From a virus (lineage: Duplodnaviria; Caudoviricetes): a stretch of DNA of 64,000 nt. Location of the stretch: positions 782-64,781 of the IMG/VR virus record IMGVR_UViG_3300009151_000071; one strand, written 5' to 3'. Within the stretch, counting starts at the first letter, position 1; every line of letters begins with the position of its first letter. A program made the position numbers and the translations under genes. The notes under the pieces were generated by a model. It saw only the letters and a list, made by a program, of their open reading frames with translations. It searched no databases and was not told the origin of the DNA. Positions 48,780 through 57,097 of the stretch are shown here, piece after piece.

Positions 48780-49013
48780 TCAATCATTGTCAACCGTTGA
48801 AAAATCTTTGATGATTAAATTCAATGCTTCAATTCTACGTATGTTACCGCTTACGTCTTCGGGGTGCAACCAGTACCCATCCGGATTATCTTCCGTCTTG
48901 GGATTCTTTTTCCATTGTGCTAATTCTTTCTTAAGGTACGCACGATAGTCCTTAAGATTTAGTGCTGTAATACGATCTGCAATTTCACTATCGATTGTAA
49001 GTTGTTTACTCAT
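48780..49013 (-). CDS. Hypothetical protein
   Basis: 77-aa ORF with AAGG RBS. Confidence 0.6.
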   Translation of the reverse strand: MSKQLTIDSEIADRITALNLKDYRAYLKKELAQWKKNPKTEDNPDGYWLHPEDVSGNIRRIEALNLIIKDFSTVDND

Positions 49014-49025
49014 GTTAACCTTGTA

Positions 49026-49307
49026 TTATTGACTAAGTACTGCCCATATTGCAGTTTGTTCCAGATCTTTTTCAAAGTCTGGATATACTCGATCCAAGTT
49101 ATCTTTGCCTACTGAAAAATATCCTTTGTTTCGTTTAACCGAAATTAACTTATCCAAGTCACTTCTAGTTCCACTGAATGGTTTAGTTTGCAATTTCTTG
49201 CCACGTCTTCCCCAAACGGTTGTATAATTGTAATTGCCAGTTTCAAGGACGACCCACACTTTGTCGTGGTTGTCATCATTGCACCACCCAATCCAACGGT
49301 AGTTCAT
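49026..49307 (-). CDS. WGR-domain-like protein
   Basis: HDKVW...WGRRG...K-x-x-KGY. Confidence 0.7.
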   Translation of the reverse strand: MNYRWIGWCNDDNHDKVWVVLETGNYNYTTVWGRRGKKLQTKPFSGTRSDLDKLISVKRNKGYFSVGKDNLDRVYPDFEKDLEQTAIWAVLSQ

Positions 49308-49852
49308 CGTTTCTCCTTAGGAGGTTCGTGTGGTATAAGTCCAGTTTCTTCTACACCCTCTTTATACCAACTAGTAAGTTCTTCTTCATTCTCAGCTTCG
49401 TATTCGGCCATTGTTTCACTAATACCAAACGAGTCATCTAGTTCCTGCGGCAACTGTTGCTGTACGTCACCCGAATCCATGCTAGACAAATCGTAATAGT
49501 CATCGTGCCCATCTTCCCAAATACCAGCAAAGGCACATCCGGATTCGTAATAGGTAGCATACACCGTAAAACCTAAGTCAATGAATTTCTCATAGGCCGT
49601 AATAGGCGGGCTCCATGCCGAGTCAAAGTAAACAATAAGTTCATGATCGTCCCACGTTTGAATACCGTTGCCATCGCCCACGTCCCACTTGGTGCCCCAA
49701 TTGGCCACAGACCAATCGTAGTCCCATTCACCGGAGGGATTAGGAATAAACTCTTGTAAAAACTTACCTTCTGCGAATGCCGCTTTAGCACGAACAATCA
49801 TCTTAGGATCTTCGTGTGTAATTGTTAATGTATTACCACACCAATTAGGCAT
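49304..49852 (-). CDS. YubB/DUF1281-like ferredoxin-fold protein
   Basis: MPNWC-N, WYDW...NWGTKW, FDSAWSPP, YYE-G. Confidence 0.7.
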   Translation of the reverse strand: MPNWCGNTLTITHEDPKMIVRAKAAFAEGKFLQEFIPNPSGEWDYDWSVANWGTKWDVGDGNGIQTWDDHELIVYFDSAWSPPITAYEKFIDLGFTVYATYYESGCAFAGIWEDGHDDYYDLSSMDSGDVQQQLPQELDDSFGISETMAEYEAENEEELTSWYKEGVEETGLIPHEPPKEKR

Positions 49853-50054
49853 TTTGACTCCTTTGAAATTTAAACTCTCTTTTTAACCAAAATTTATACA
49901 TCTGAAAATACTGTTCTTGCGTATAACGTGATTCACGTACTTCATCGTGCTCATCGCAATTACGCAACCACAACTCGTGTACCCATCGACGGAATTCAGA
50001 GTTCTTAAGCATATTGTTTCTCCGATAAAGTTTTCCAAATATGTTTCTGCTCAA
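49845..50054 (-). CDS. Small hypothetical protein
   Basis: Probable start MLKNSEF. Confidence 0.55.
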   Translation of the reverse strand: MSRNIFGKLYRRNNMLKNSEFRRWVHELWLRNCDEHDEVRESRYTQEQYFQMYKFWLKREFKFQRSQNA

Positions 50055-50361
50055 GGTCTTTTACAAACTCTGTTCTACGTCCCGCTAAATCATCACGCCA
50101 GTGGTTAATTGCATTGTAGCTACCACGTGACTGAGCTGGCATACATTCGTTAATCCACATGGCAATGGCCCAGAACATCTGACGGTTGCCGGTATCAGCA
50201 CAATACAAGGCACGTTCATAATCTTTGGCAATCATGCTTTCAACAAAGCCACCCGGTGCCCACCCGCGGATCAAGTAGTTCTTGATAGTCTCGCGAGTAT
50301 GATCAGGAACCCCCATTCCCATGTACTTGGGATTATGTTCGGCTTCATCAAAATCAATCAT
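50005..50361 (-). CDS. Hypothetical protein
   Basis: 118 aa; Y-L-x-x-G-x-x-PGGF motif. Confidence 0.6.
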   Translation of the reverse strand: MIDFDEAEHNPKYMGMGVPDHTRETIKNYLIRGWAPGGFVESMIAKDYERALYCADTGNRQMFWAIAMWINECMPAQSRGSYNAINHWRDDLAGRRTEFVKDLEQKHIWKTLSEKQYA

Positions 50362-50798
50362 TATGCTTCTTCTTTATTCAATTCTGCTACAACTTCGTGG
50401 AGTGGTTGAAAGTCTTTGCAATTAGCACTAACATACCAAACACCGTTATCAAACAAATACCAATATTCAGCACCCATGTGTTCGTAGTGTTCCATCCACT
50501 CTGCTTCGCTATCAAAGCTCTTGAACTCTTGACCTTGTTCGCCACGATCGCGACCGTAAAATGTGGTCCAGGTAGATTCTTCACTGCCTTCTACTGCACG
50601 TAGATCAAAACTGTGTTGCTTGCCGATGTTTTCACCCAATGAACTAATATTACCAAGGGCAATAAGAAAATTGGCTTTGGTGCTGTCATAGTTTTCTAAT
50701 AGTGTAGCACCTACACCCTCAACGTAACCGTCCCAATGGCAATAAACTGCCTTGATACGATCACCATGTTTGATAGCTATTGTTGAACGAGTACCCAT
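50361..50798 (-). CDS. Phage hypothetical protein
   Basis: MGTRSTI...YCHWDGY...GxxL; AGGAG RBS. Confidence 0.7.
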   Translation of the reverse strand: MGTRSTIAIKHGDRIKAVYCHWDGYVEGVGATLLENYDSTKANFLIALGNISSLGENIGKQHSFDLRAVEGSEESTWTTFYGRDRGEQGQEFKSFDSEAEWMEHYEHMGAEYWYLFDNGVWYVSANCKDFQPLHEVVAELNKEEA

Positions 50799-50810
50799 TA
50801 CGCAATCTCC

Positions 50811-50975
50811 TTAATCAAATTGAATATCAACTAACTTACTTTCATTGAACAAGTAATAACAATTCACTTGCCCGTAACTGACCCAAATACATTCGTTGCC
50901 GGGTCGCATGGTGTAATCTTTGATGCCTTGTTTTTGCAAGTTATCAATTACTGCCAACACTTCCCAACTGTTCAT
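50811..50975 (-). CDS. Small hypothetical protein, 54 aa (MNSWEVLAVID...), absent from ORF track
   Basis: Open frame filling the gap. Confidence 0.5.
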   Translation of the reverse strand: MNSWEVLAVIDNLQKQGIKDYTMRPGNECIWVSYGQVNCYYLFNESKLVDIQFD

Positions 50976-51330
50976 GTCTACTACTTGCATCTACTTCCTT
51001 GACGTGTTTACAATCACCACGATATGTATATCCTGGACAACTACATTGTAACATATTATCTATTTTCTGCACAATATATTTGTCACCTCTGGATCCTACA
51101 AATTCCCAGGTTTCTGTTCGAACATCATCCAAACTTACTTCGCCTAGTTCCGGAACTTCACGGAACGTTCTACGACGAGCATCAAACGTATACGGCTTCT
51201 TAAAAACTGTTACTTCTTCGGTGCCTTCTTTAAGGTAACCGTACATCTTGCTTTTATCTGTGGTTAGCAAATAAACATGACTGGGCGTAGGCTGTGCCCA
51301 GTCTTGTGTAGTTTCTTTAAAAAACTTCAT
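50944..51330 (-). CDS. SWIM zinc-finger protein
   Basis: GSRGDKY...CSCPG...CKH. Confidence 0.75.
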   Translation of the reverse strand: MKFFKETTQDWAQPTPSHVYLLTTDKSKMYGYLKEGTEEVTVFKKPYTFDARRRTFREVPELGEVSLDDVRTETWEFVGSRGDKYIVQKIDNMLQCSCPGYTYRGDCKHVKEVDASSRHEQLGSVGSN

Positions 51331-51710
51331 TAGTCTAAACGGCTACCGGCGTAGGCTGTGAAACCGTATTTCTCAAAAACCTTGGCGGCCGCATAAGCAC
51401 CAGCTTCTTTGGTGTCAATGTTCTGACAGTTGTGTTCACTGGGATTCCAAATACTGAATGCTTTGGTGTAGTTCTGAGTAATACCAGCGGCCTTCAAAAC
51501 TTTGCCCATTTTGGTATTACCTTTGATGCCAAAAATTTCAACCCAGGCAAAACCACAAGCATATTGATCAACACCACCCAACTTTTCTTGGAAGTATTTG
51601 TCAGCGGCTTCACGAGCGGCTTGTTTAGCTTCGGCTACAATAGCAACAACTTGTTCTTTAGTGTAGTTCAATTTCAGCTCCTTTTTAGTTTCTATACAAG
51701 TATTATACAT
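51330..51710 (-). CDS. Phage early protein
   Basis: ACGFAWV...KEAGA-A-A...SRLD; true start probably the TTG (MNYTKEQ) after AGGAG. Confidence 0.65.
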   Translation of the reverse strand: MYNTCIETKKELKLNYTKEQVVAIVAEAKQAAREAADKYFQEKLGGVDQYACGFAWVEIFGIKGNTKMGKVLKAAGITQNYTKAFSIWNPSEHNCQNIDTKEAGAYAAAKVFEKYGFTAYAGSRLD

Positions 51711-51730
51711 TTAATGGATTTTTGGGTCAA
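51702..51730 (-). promoter_or_regulatory. Early sigma70 promoter (repeat family)
   Basis: TTGACC-17-TATAAT. Confidence 0.8.
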
Positions 51731-51738
51731 CCAAAAAG

Positions 51739-52017
51739 TCACATGGACCAAAATGTTTCTGACGCAGGACTGCAACAATTTGGGGTGTTGACATCTTCTT
51801 GAAATTCTGCACCAGTCATCAAATTCTTACGGGTAACCATACGGGGTTTATAACTGGCACGATCAATGACTTGAAGCTGACTAGCACTCCAACCGGCCTT
51901 GTTGATCAAGCGAGTTACTGTGGCCTTGGCGGCACCCCAGGTCTTGTATGCACGAGTCTTGTTTGGACCGTCTGTAACAATAAGTCCGGTACCTTTAGCA
52001 ACAATGTAAAAACTCAT
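51739..52017 (-). CDS. Phage early protein
   Basis: NLMTG...NTP-CCSPASETFWSM; AGGAG RBS. Confidence 0.65.
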   Translation of the reverse strand: MSFYIVAKGTGLIVTDGPNKTRAYKTWGAAKATVTRLINKAGWSASQLQVIDRASYKPRMVTRKNLMTGAEFQEDVNTPNCCSPASETFWSM

Positions 52018-52049
52018 TTTCTAGCTCCTTTTTTAGCTTCAATACAAGT

Positions 52050-52078
52050 ATTATACATTTAATGGATTTTCGGTTCAA
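52050..52078 (-). promoter_or_regulatory. Early sigma70 promoter (repeat family)
   Basis: TTGAAC-17-TATAAT with the same spacer core. Confidence 0.8.
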
Positions 52079-52095
52079 CCGAAATTTTACCCCGT

Positions 52096-52117
52096 AAAAA
52101 AGCCCCTATTTTGGGGC
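52096..52117 (-). terminator. Intrinsic terminator
   Basis: gcccc/ggggc stem followed by T6 on the minus strand. Confidence 0.55.
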
Positions 52118-52335
52118 ATTTTAGATGTTGTTTTTTCGCAACAAAAAACCCGGGGTTTTATGCCCAGGTTTCTTGATACTTCTTCAGTGCTAATTGTCTA
52201 GCTAACCATAATCTAAATTTTACATGATCCGATAATTCATCATTGTCATGTACTAATTTACCAAAATCCTTGCTTCTTAGATTACGGCCAAATGTAACAT
52301 CGTCGTCTACATAGTAGTCGTCGTTGTCGTCTAGA

Positions 52336-52590
52336 TTACTTAGCGGCTGGAGTAGCGGGTTTGGCTGTTTCGGTGTTAGCCTTAGGTGCGTCTTTCTTAG
52401 CAGGCTCACTTTTGGTGTGCTTTTTCTCGTCCTTCTTCGCTTCTACTTTAGCAGGTGTTGAAGCAGGAGTTGCTGGAGCCTTAGGTGCGTCAGCGGCAAA
52501 TGCGTTCAATGCAAAAACGGAGGCTACGATTAAAAATAATGATTTCATGATATTTCCTTTTAGGTTATACACAATTCTCACTGTGTACAT
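52336..52590 (-). CDS. Small secreted Ala/Lys/Pro-rich protein
   Basis: Signal peptide MKSLFLIVASVFALNAFA; AAGGA RBS. Confidence 0.7.
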   Translation of the reverse strand: MYTVRIVYNLKGNIMKSLFLIVASVFALNAFAADAPKAPATPASTPAKVEAKKDEKKHTKSEPAKKDAPKANTETAKPATPAAK

Positions 52591-52605
52591 ATATAACGCA
52601 TTAGG

Positions 52606-53265
52606 TTACAGTTCAGTTGACACAATTGGCATATATTTTTTAACTTTAGATAAATCCAGTTCCGGATTACAAATAGGAATTTTTTGGAATTTTTTATAAT
52701 ATTCTGATAGTAAATCAAGCTCTATAGTTTTGCAGTAACTTGGATGCATAGGCAAGTATGCTTGATAAACAAAGTTAATCTTGTCTTGACCAAACTGTTC
52801 TTTAAAAACGGTCCCACATCCGTACGGCTGTAATCTTGGATTACGTACTGTGCCTTTAAAATCGGTTCGCCTGCCCAACATACTGTGACGACTTGTGGCT
52901 CGACTTTCTCCGATATAAATTACATTATTATCCAAGAAGTCTGCTACACCAATTGGCGGCCCGTTTTCAAATAGTCCATATACATAACATCCTGGATGAG
53001 CTTTTTCAAACCCCCAAGACTTGTCCCATTTAGCATCTATGTGGTGCCATTTAGTAAAGTTAGTTAGTACAGGTTTTACTTGAGTTTGAAGCTGTGTAGT
53101 GAAAGCAGACTTTCCGCTAACTTCTGCACATTTAAATAGGCTATAGGCCAATTGATCAATGTTCGGGCAGTTATCAAAAACTTTGTAAAGTTGATCTTCT
53201 GTTAAACCGTGATTACCAGATCCAGATCTTATATTATGGGCCAGTGCTCTGGCTAAAATATTCAT
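52606..53265 (-). CDS. GIY-YIG-like domain protein
   Basis: PGCYVY...VIYIGES...R...E...P-x-CN. Confidence 0.6.
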   Translation of the reverse strand: MNILARALAHNIRSGSGNHGLTEDQLYKVFDNCPNIDQLAYSLFKCAEVSGKSAFTTQLQTQVKPVLTNFTKWHHIDAKWDKSWGFEKAHPGCYVYGLFENGPPIGVADFLDNNVIYIGESRATSRHSMLGRRTDFKGTVRNPRLQPYGCGTVFKEQFGQDKINFVYQAYLPMHPSYCKTIELDLLSEYYKKFQKIPICNPELDLSKVKKYMPIVSTEL

Positions 53266-53432
53266 TTAAATTATTGTTGCAAATATTGTCGAGTCTGCAG
53301 AAAATTAATTTGGTTAATATCTTTTTTAGGCTTTTCCAAAATAAATCCCTGATCTAACATAGGCTTTATCTGCGCTAGGTACGTATTATAAAACAACTTA
53401 TTGTTTACTTGATAGCCGATCATATTTGAAAT

Positions 53433-53455
53433 AAAAAGAAGCCCCCGGAGGGGCT
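53433..53455 (-). terminator. Terminator closing the tmRNA coding piece
   Basis: agcccc-cgga-ggggct followed by TCTTTTT on the minus strand. Confidence 0.8.
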
Positions 53456-53672
53456 GGTTGTTTCTGTTACGAGGTATTTCCTACCCTAAGTGGCTGTTAG
53501 GCCGCTAATGCGAACTGTGCGTCGTTTGCGTTTACGTTTTTTGCTTCTACGACCAGGCTCCGTCTTTCTATGCTATGGGCATAGCGACTAAAGTTACCCT
53601 AATCCTAACGGGTTTCACATTCCCGTGCTGTCTGCTTGACTACTTACCGCCCTGTCGAAACTATGCAGGCCC
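53456..53672 (-). ncRNA. ssrA: tmRNA coding piece of a permuted two-piece gene; tag ANDAQFALAA* at 53529..53497
   Basis: Begins GGGCCUG-CAUAGUUUCGAC; UAAAC|GCA resume context; tag ends FALAA-UAA. Confidence 0.9.
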
Positions 53673-53685
53673 ATCATAAAGAATC

Positions 53686-54021
53686 TTACTTATTGCGACT
53701 TGCCCAAAATGCCTCACTATCGGGTGATAGCACATCGCTTGGAACTACGGTATTACCTAGTTTTTTTGCATAATTGTACATCATACTAGCAATACCTTGC
53801 CTACGAAATTTAGGATCGACCAAAACTTTATCAGCTGTTAAGTTTTTCCCAGTGATGCTAAAGATAGCATAACCAACCTTTTCACCTGATTTCGTATACG
53901 CTTCAATATTTAGAATTCCGGGTGTAGTAACAAAGGATCTAAAATCAAAGGCATCAGTTTTAACCCAATCGTTAAATCTAGTACCTCTTTTCAATCCAGG
54001 CATTATTTCGTTAATTTGCAT
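53686..54021 (-). CDS. GNAT-family acetyltransferase inside the tmRNA intervening segment
   Basis: V-x-V-D-P-K-F-R-R-Q-G-I-A acetyl-CoA motif A; S-x-x-L-S-x-D-x-x-A-F-W; own TAAATA upstream. Confidence 0.8.
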   Translation of the reverse strand: MQINEIMPGLKRGTRFNDWVKTDAFDFRSFVTTPGILNIEAYTKSGEKVGYAIFSITGKNLTADKVLVDPKFRRQGIASMMYNYAKKLGNTVVPSDVLSPDSEAFWASRNK

Positions 54022-54044
54022 TTAGTATTTATTCAAATTCCTTA

Positions 54045-54108
54045 TGGTGGACCTGGGGGGATTCGCACCCCCGTCCAAGACGCCTTTCGGCTTGCTTCAT
54101 ACAACAAT
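54045..54108 (-). ncRNA. ssrA: tmRNA acceptor piece of a permuted two-piece gene
   Basis: GAC-GGGGG-UGCGAAU-CCCCC-CAGGUCC-A-CCA: T arm, G3.U70 Ala determinant, encoded CCA; TATAAT at 54121..54116. Confidence 0.9.
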
Positions 54109-54123
54109 AACTTATATTATATG

Positions 54124-54753
54124 TTATTTATTAGTTAAAGTCAATTGATACACAAAACAAATCCGGGGATCTGTATTCTTATGCTCGCTTACTCCATGAC
54201 AGACTTCTGGGCCGTGCATAATCAGGTCTCCCGAACTAGGAGTAATATATTCCTTGTGTATTTCGTCTATGTCCGATGGCAATTTTCCAGTACAGTCTTG
54301 ATCAACAATAATCAAACTGCTACCGCCCGGTGGGTTATTAACATAAAACACAGCAACTAAATCGGGAGTTGTTAATTGATTGTTTGTAGCTACATGATTG
54401 TGACATCGCCCTTGGCTATTAATTTCCATTCGGTTGGTCCAGGACCTATCAACGTCAACTGACTTGACTTTCAACAATTCAGTTGCTTGTTGCTTAATCC
54501 AGGTTAAAAGATCTTGTGCGTCGGGAAGGTTAGCTGGACCTAGATAAGGAATAACTTCGCTAGTTTCGCCTTCGCCGTAGTGGCTGTCCCAAACTTGCCC
54601 ACGATCTCGATTTTTAACTTCAGACAGTTCCATTATGTTACGGATACCTTGATCTAATCCAGCATTGTTGTACCAGTGCTGGTGAGGGCAATGTACTACT
54701 GCAATATCATGGCCAAATAGCTTATACACTTGCATGACCGATTCCTTGTGCAA
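54124..54753 (-). CDS. 2OG-Fe(II) oxygenase-family protein (TIGR02466-like)
   Basis: SWTN, HNH, AVFYV, P-x-x-GDL-x-x-x-P...HGV...R-I-C. Confidence 0.75.
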   Translation of the reverse strand: MHKESVMQVYKLFGHDIAVVHCPHQHWYNNAGLDQGIRNIMELSEVKNRDRGQVWDSHYGEGETSEVIPYLGPANLPDAQDLLTWIKQQATELLKVKSVDVDRSWTNRMEINSQGRCHNHVATNNQLTTPDLVAVFYVNNPPGGSSLIIVDQDCTGKLPSDIDEIHKEYITPSSGDLIMHGPEVCHGVSEHKNTDPRICFVYQLTLTNK

Positions 54754-55879
54754 CTGAGTTCCAATTATGATCGTTAAATGTTTTTAGAACACCCGGTGCT
54801 GGCCTTACAAACTCTTGGGCATGATCAAACGCTTGCCAAAATGGTGAATCGTTACGTCCTGACAAGTAGTGAAAATGCAAGAAGTCGGCAATGTCTCTGT
54901 TCATTGTGTTGACTGCTTGATTGTATTGTCTACGAGCATCTGCGTCGTTGTTTAGTATTCCTGATATTTTTGTAGCCAACAAGTTAAGACTGGCAGTTTG
55001 TACCCAAATGCTAGTTTCTTCTAACGGTTCGCTAAATCCCGAGCTCAGGCCAATGGCAACACAATTTGCTACCCAGGTTTGATCATAACAGCCAGCATCA
55101 AAACTAAATTGCCTAGGGCTCACAATCTCGTGACCGTAATACTCTTCTAACTCTTGATGTATTTGTTCATCGGTAGCACAACTGCTGTCAAAAACATAGC
55201 CGCATCCATATCGTCCCTGTACAGGAATGCGCCACATCCATCCATGGCGCATAGCTACAGCTTCGGTATAGGTTGGCAAATCCACTCCGGCATTGGGTAA
55301 AAAGAACGGCATAGCTCGATCGACTGGCAGTATAGATTGATACGATGTCCATTTAGTAGCATAATGCTTGCCAATGATTAAGCGAGCAAAACCCGAGCAA
55401 TCAAACACAAAATCTACTGGGACTGTAGTTTGATCTTTAAGCACTAAACCAGTAATAGTGTCACTGCCTGTTACAGCAACAACTTCGCTGTCAATTAATT
55501 TAATACCACGTGCTAAGCCTTGTGTTTGTAAAAACTTGGCCAGCAGGTTAGCGTCAAAATGCAACGCTCGATCGCCCATGCCCGAATCTGCTAAAAAATT
55601 ATGATCATAATAATCATTTACTCCACGCCAGTTTACAAAACGTATTCCGTTCTTAACTGTACCACGGGCCTGTGCAATAATGTCTAAAGGATTAATACCA
55701 ATCTGATTTAAAAAGTTTACAAATGGTGGAGTGGTTCCTTCGCCGGCACCTAATATGCCAATTTCACTGCTGGCTATTACAGTAACTTCGCTATAGGGAA
55801 ATTGTGACTTGACAAATAGTGCGGTGAGCCACCCAGCGGTGCCGCCACCAACTACTGCGTATTCAAGATTGGTCTTCAT
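54722..55879 (-). CDS. Flavin-dependent (tryptophan halogenase-family) enzyme
   Basis: VVGGGTAG, GAGEGT, catalytic-Lys motif TVKNGI, FDCSGF, GWMWRIP (WxWxIP), GFSEPLE. Confidence 0.85.
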   Translation of the reverse strand: MKTNLEYAVVGGGTAGWLTALFVKSQFPYSEVTVIASSEIGILGAGEGTTPPFVNFLNQIGINPLDIIAQARGTVKNGIRFVNWRGVNDYYDHNFLADSGMGDRALHFDANLLAKFLQTQGLARGIKLIDSEVVAVTGSDTITGLVLKDQTTVPVDFVFDCSGFARLIIGKHYATKWTSYQSILPVDRAMPFFLPNAGVDLPTYTEAVAMRHGWMWRIPVQGRYGCGYVFDSSCATDEQIHQELEEYYGHEIVSPRQFSFDAGCYDQTWVANCVAIGLSSGFSEPLEETSIWVQTASLNLLATKISGILNNDADARRQYNQAVNTMNRDIADFLHFHYLSGRNDSPFWQAFDHAQEFVRPAPGVLKTFNDHNWNSVAQGIGHASV

Positions 55880-56468
55880 GTATGATTCTAATATCCATTA
55901 CTACAGATATTCTATTTTCTGTGCTTAGATTTGTTTCAACGCTGTGGAATAGATAGTTAGGAAACATAAGTAAGGTTCCAACTTTTGGCTCAACACGGTA
56001 ATAGATTCTGCCGGTGCGCCCTTCGCTATCGGCTGTTACTAAGGGTTCTTGCCATGCTAGATTAACTGAACCTCGGGCATCAAGTAGCAGTAAGTCTCCA
56101 GAGTTAGGCGGGCAGTCAACATAGTAAATTCCTACCATGTCTAGGTCACTGTGGTGATGTGGGGTATCGCACCGACCTGGTGCTATAACATTATGTCTGG
56201 TACGTAAGTCTAAATTGTACTCGGGCCATCGACGTTCTTGTGCAATTGACTCTATAGCATCTACTGTATACTGTCTTAATGCGCTTGTACCGTAACCGGC
56301 AAAGTCCAGGAAACTATAGTGCTTGGTATGTACAGGATTAATCTTCTGTTGTTCGTTGACATGCTGACTAAAGTTTAATCCATCGAGCCTAACTAACTCT
56401 GCTAGTTCCGGCTGGCTCGCTGATAAATCAAAGGTCCAGAGTGGACTACTGAATAACTCTATTTTCAT
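55863..56468 (-). CDS. 2OG-Fe(II) oxygenase-family protein (TIGR02466-like)
   Basis: LFSSP, PHHH, GIYYV, GDLLLLDAR, P-x-x-G-x-L-x-x-FP-x-YL-x-HSV...NRIS. Confidence 0.8.
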   Translation of the reverse strand: MKIELFSSPLWTFDLSASQPELAELVRLDGLNFSQHVNEQQKINPVHTKHYSFLDFAGYGTSALRQYTVDAIESIAQERRWPEYNLDLRTRHNVIAPGRCDTPHHHSDLDMVGIYYVDCPPNSGDLLLLDARGSVNLAWQEPLVTADSEGRTGRIYYRVEPKVGTLLMFPNYLFHSVETNLSTENRISVVMDIRIIHEDQS

Positions 56469-57096
56469 TAATCTTATCTACCACAAGTTGACAGATACGA
56501 TCTTGTTTTTCTGGATCGCTATAAATGCTTTTAGGCAATGTAACTTGAACTACATCGTCTACATAATTTCCAATGCCCGGGAATCTAGTAGCAGTTAAAT
56601 CTTTAATGCCGCAATCAATTACGATAGCATCGTTACCAGCTTCGGCAATAATAGCAGTATCTACAACCAAGAAGGCCTGTGCAGTAGTTACCTGATCTAA
56701 GGTGCGTAAACGGTTAAGTACATCAGCCAATGCTGGCTCTGGATCAGCAATAGGTACAATACTATGACCGCGCAGAACAATGCTGTCTACTGTATCCGGT
56801 TTTAAAAAGAATACGTGTGTTTGTGGAACAATAGCAAAACGGTCGGCTACTTCACGGAATTCGCTAACCGGGGGATGTCCTGCAACAGACCACACTTCGT
56901 AAGGAACGATAATTGTAATATCTCTAGGCGTTCCTGTACTGTCTTTAAATGTAAATGTAAATAGTGTTGGCTTCACCGAAAATGTATATGCTGGCGTAAT
57001 TTGTGCCATCATAACGTCTGTTGGCTCTTGAGCCTTTACATCTACAAATGCCTCAATGCTTTTGCAAGCATCAATGAATTCTTGTAATTGTGTCAT
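56446..57096 (-). CDS. Hypothetical protein in the radical SAM operon
   Basis: 216-aa coupled ORF with GAGG RBS. Confidence 0.65.
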   Translation of the reverse strand: MTQLQEFIDACKSIEAFVDVKAQEPTDVMMAQITPAYTFSVKPTLFTFTFKDSTGTPRDITIIVPYEVWSVAGHPPVSEFREVADRFAIVPQTHVFFLKPDTVDSIVLRGHSIVPIADPEPALADVLNRLRTLDQVTTAQAFLVVDTAIIAEAGNDAIVIDCGIKDLTATRFPGIGNYVDDVVQVTLPKSIYSDPEKQDRICQLVVDKINENRVIQ

Positions 57097-57097
57097 A

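Noticed and set aside
54045-54075. Stand-alone tRNA or attP tRNA fragment
   Set aside because: No D or anticodon arm upstream; it pairs with GGGCCUG at 53672 and is explained as the tmRNA acceptor piece; no integrase in the window
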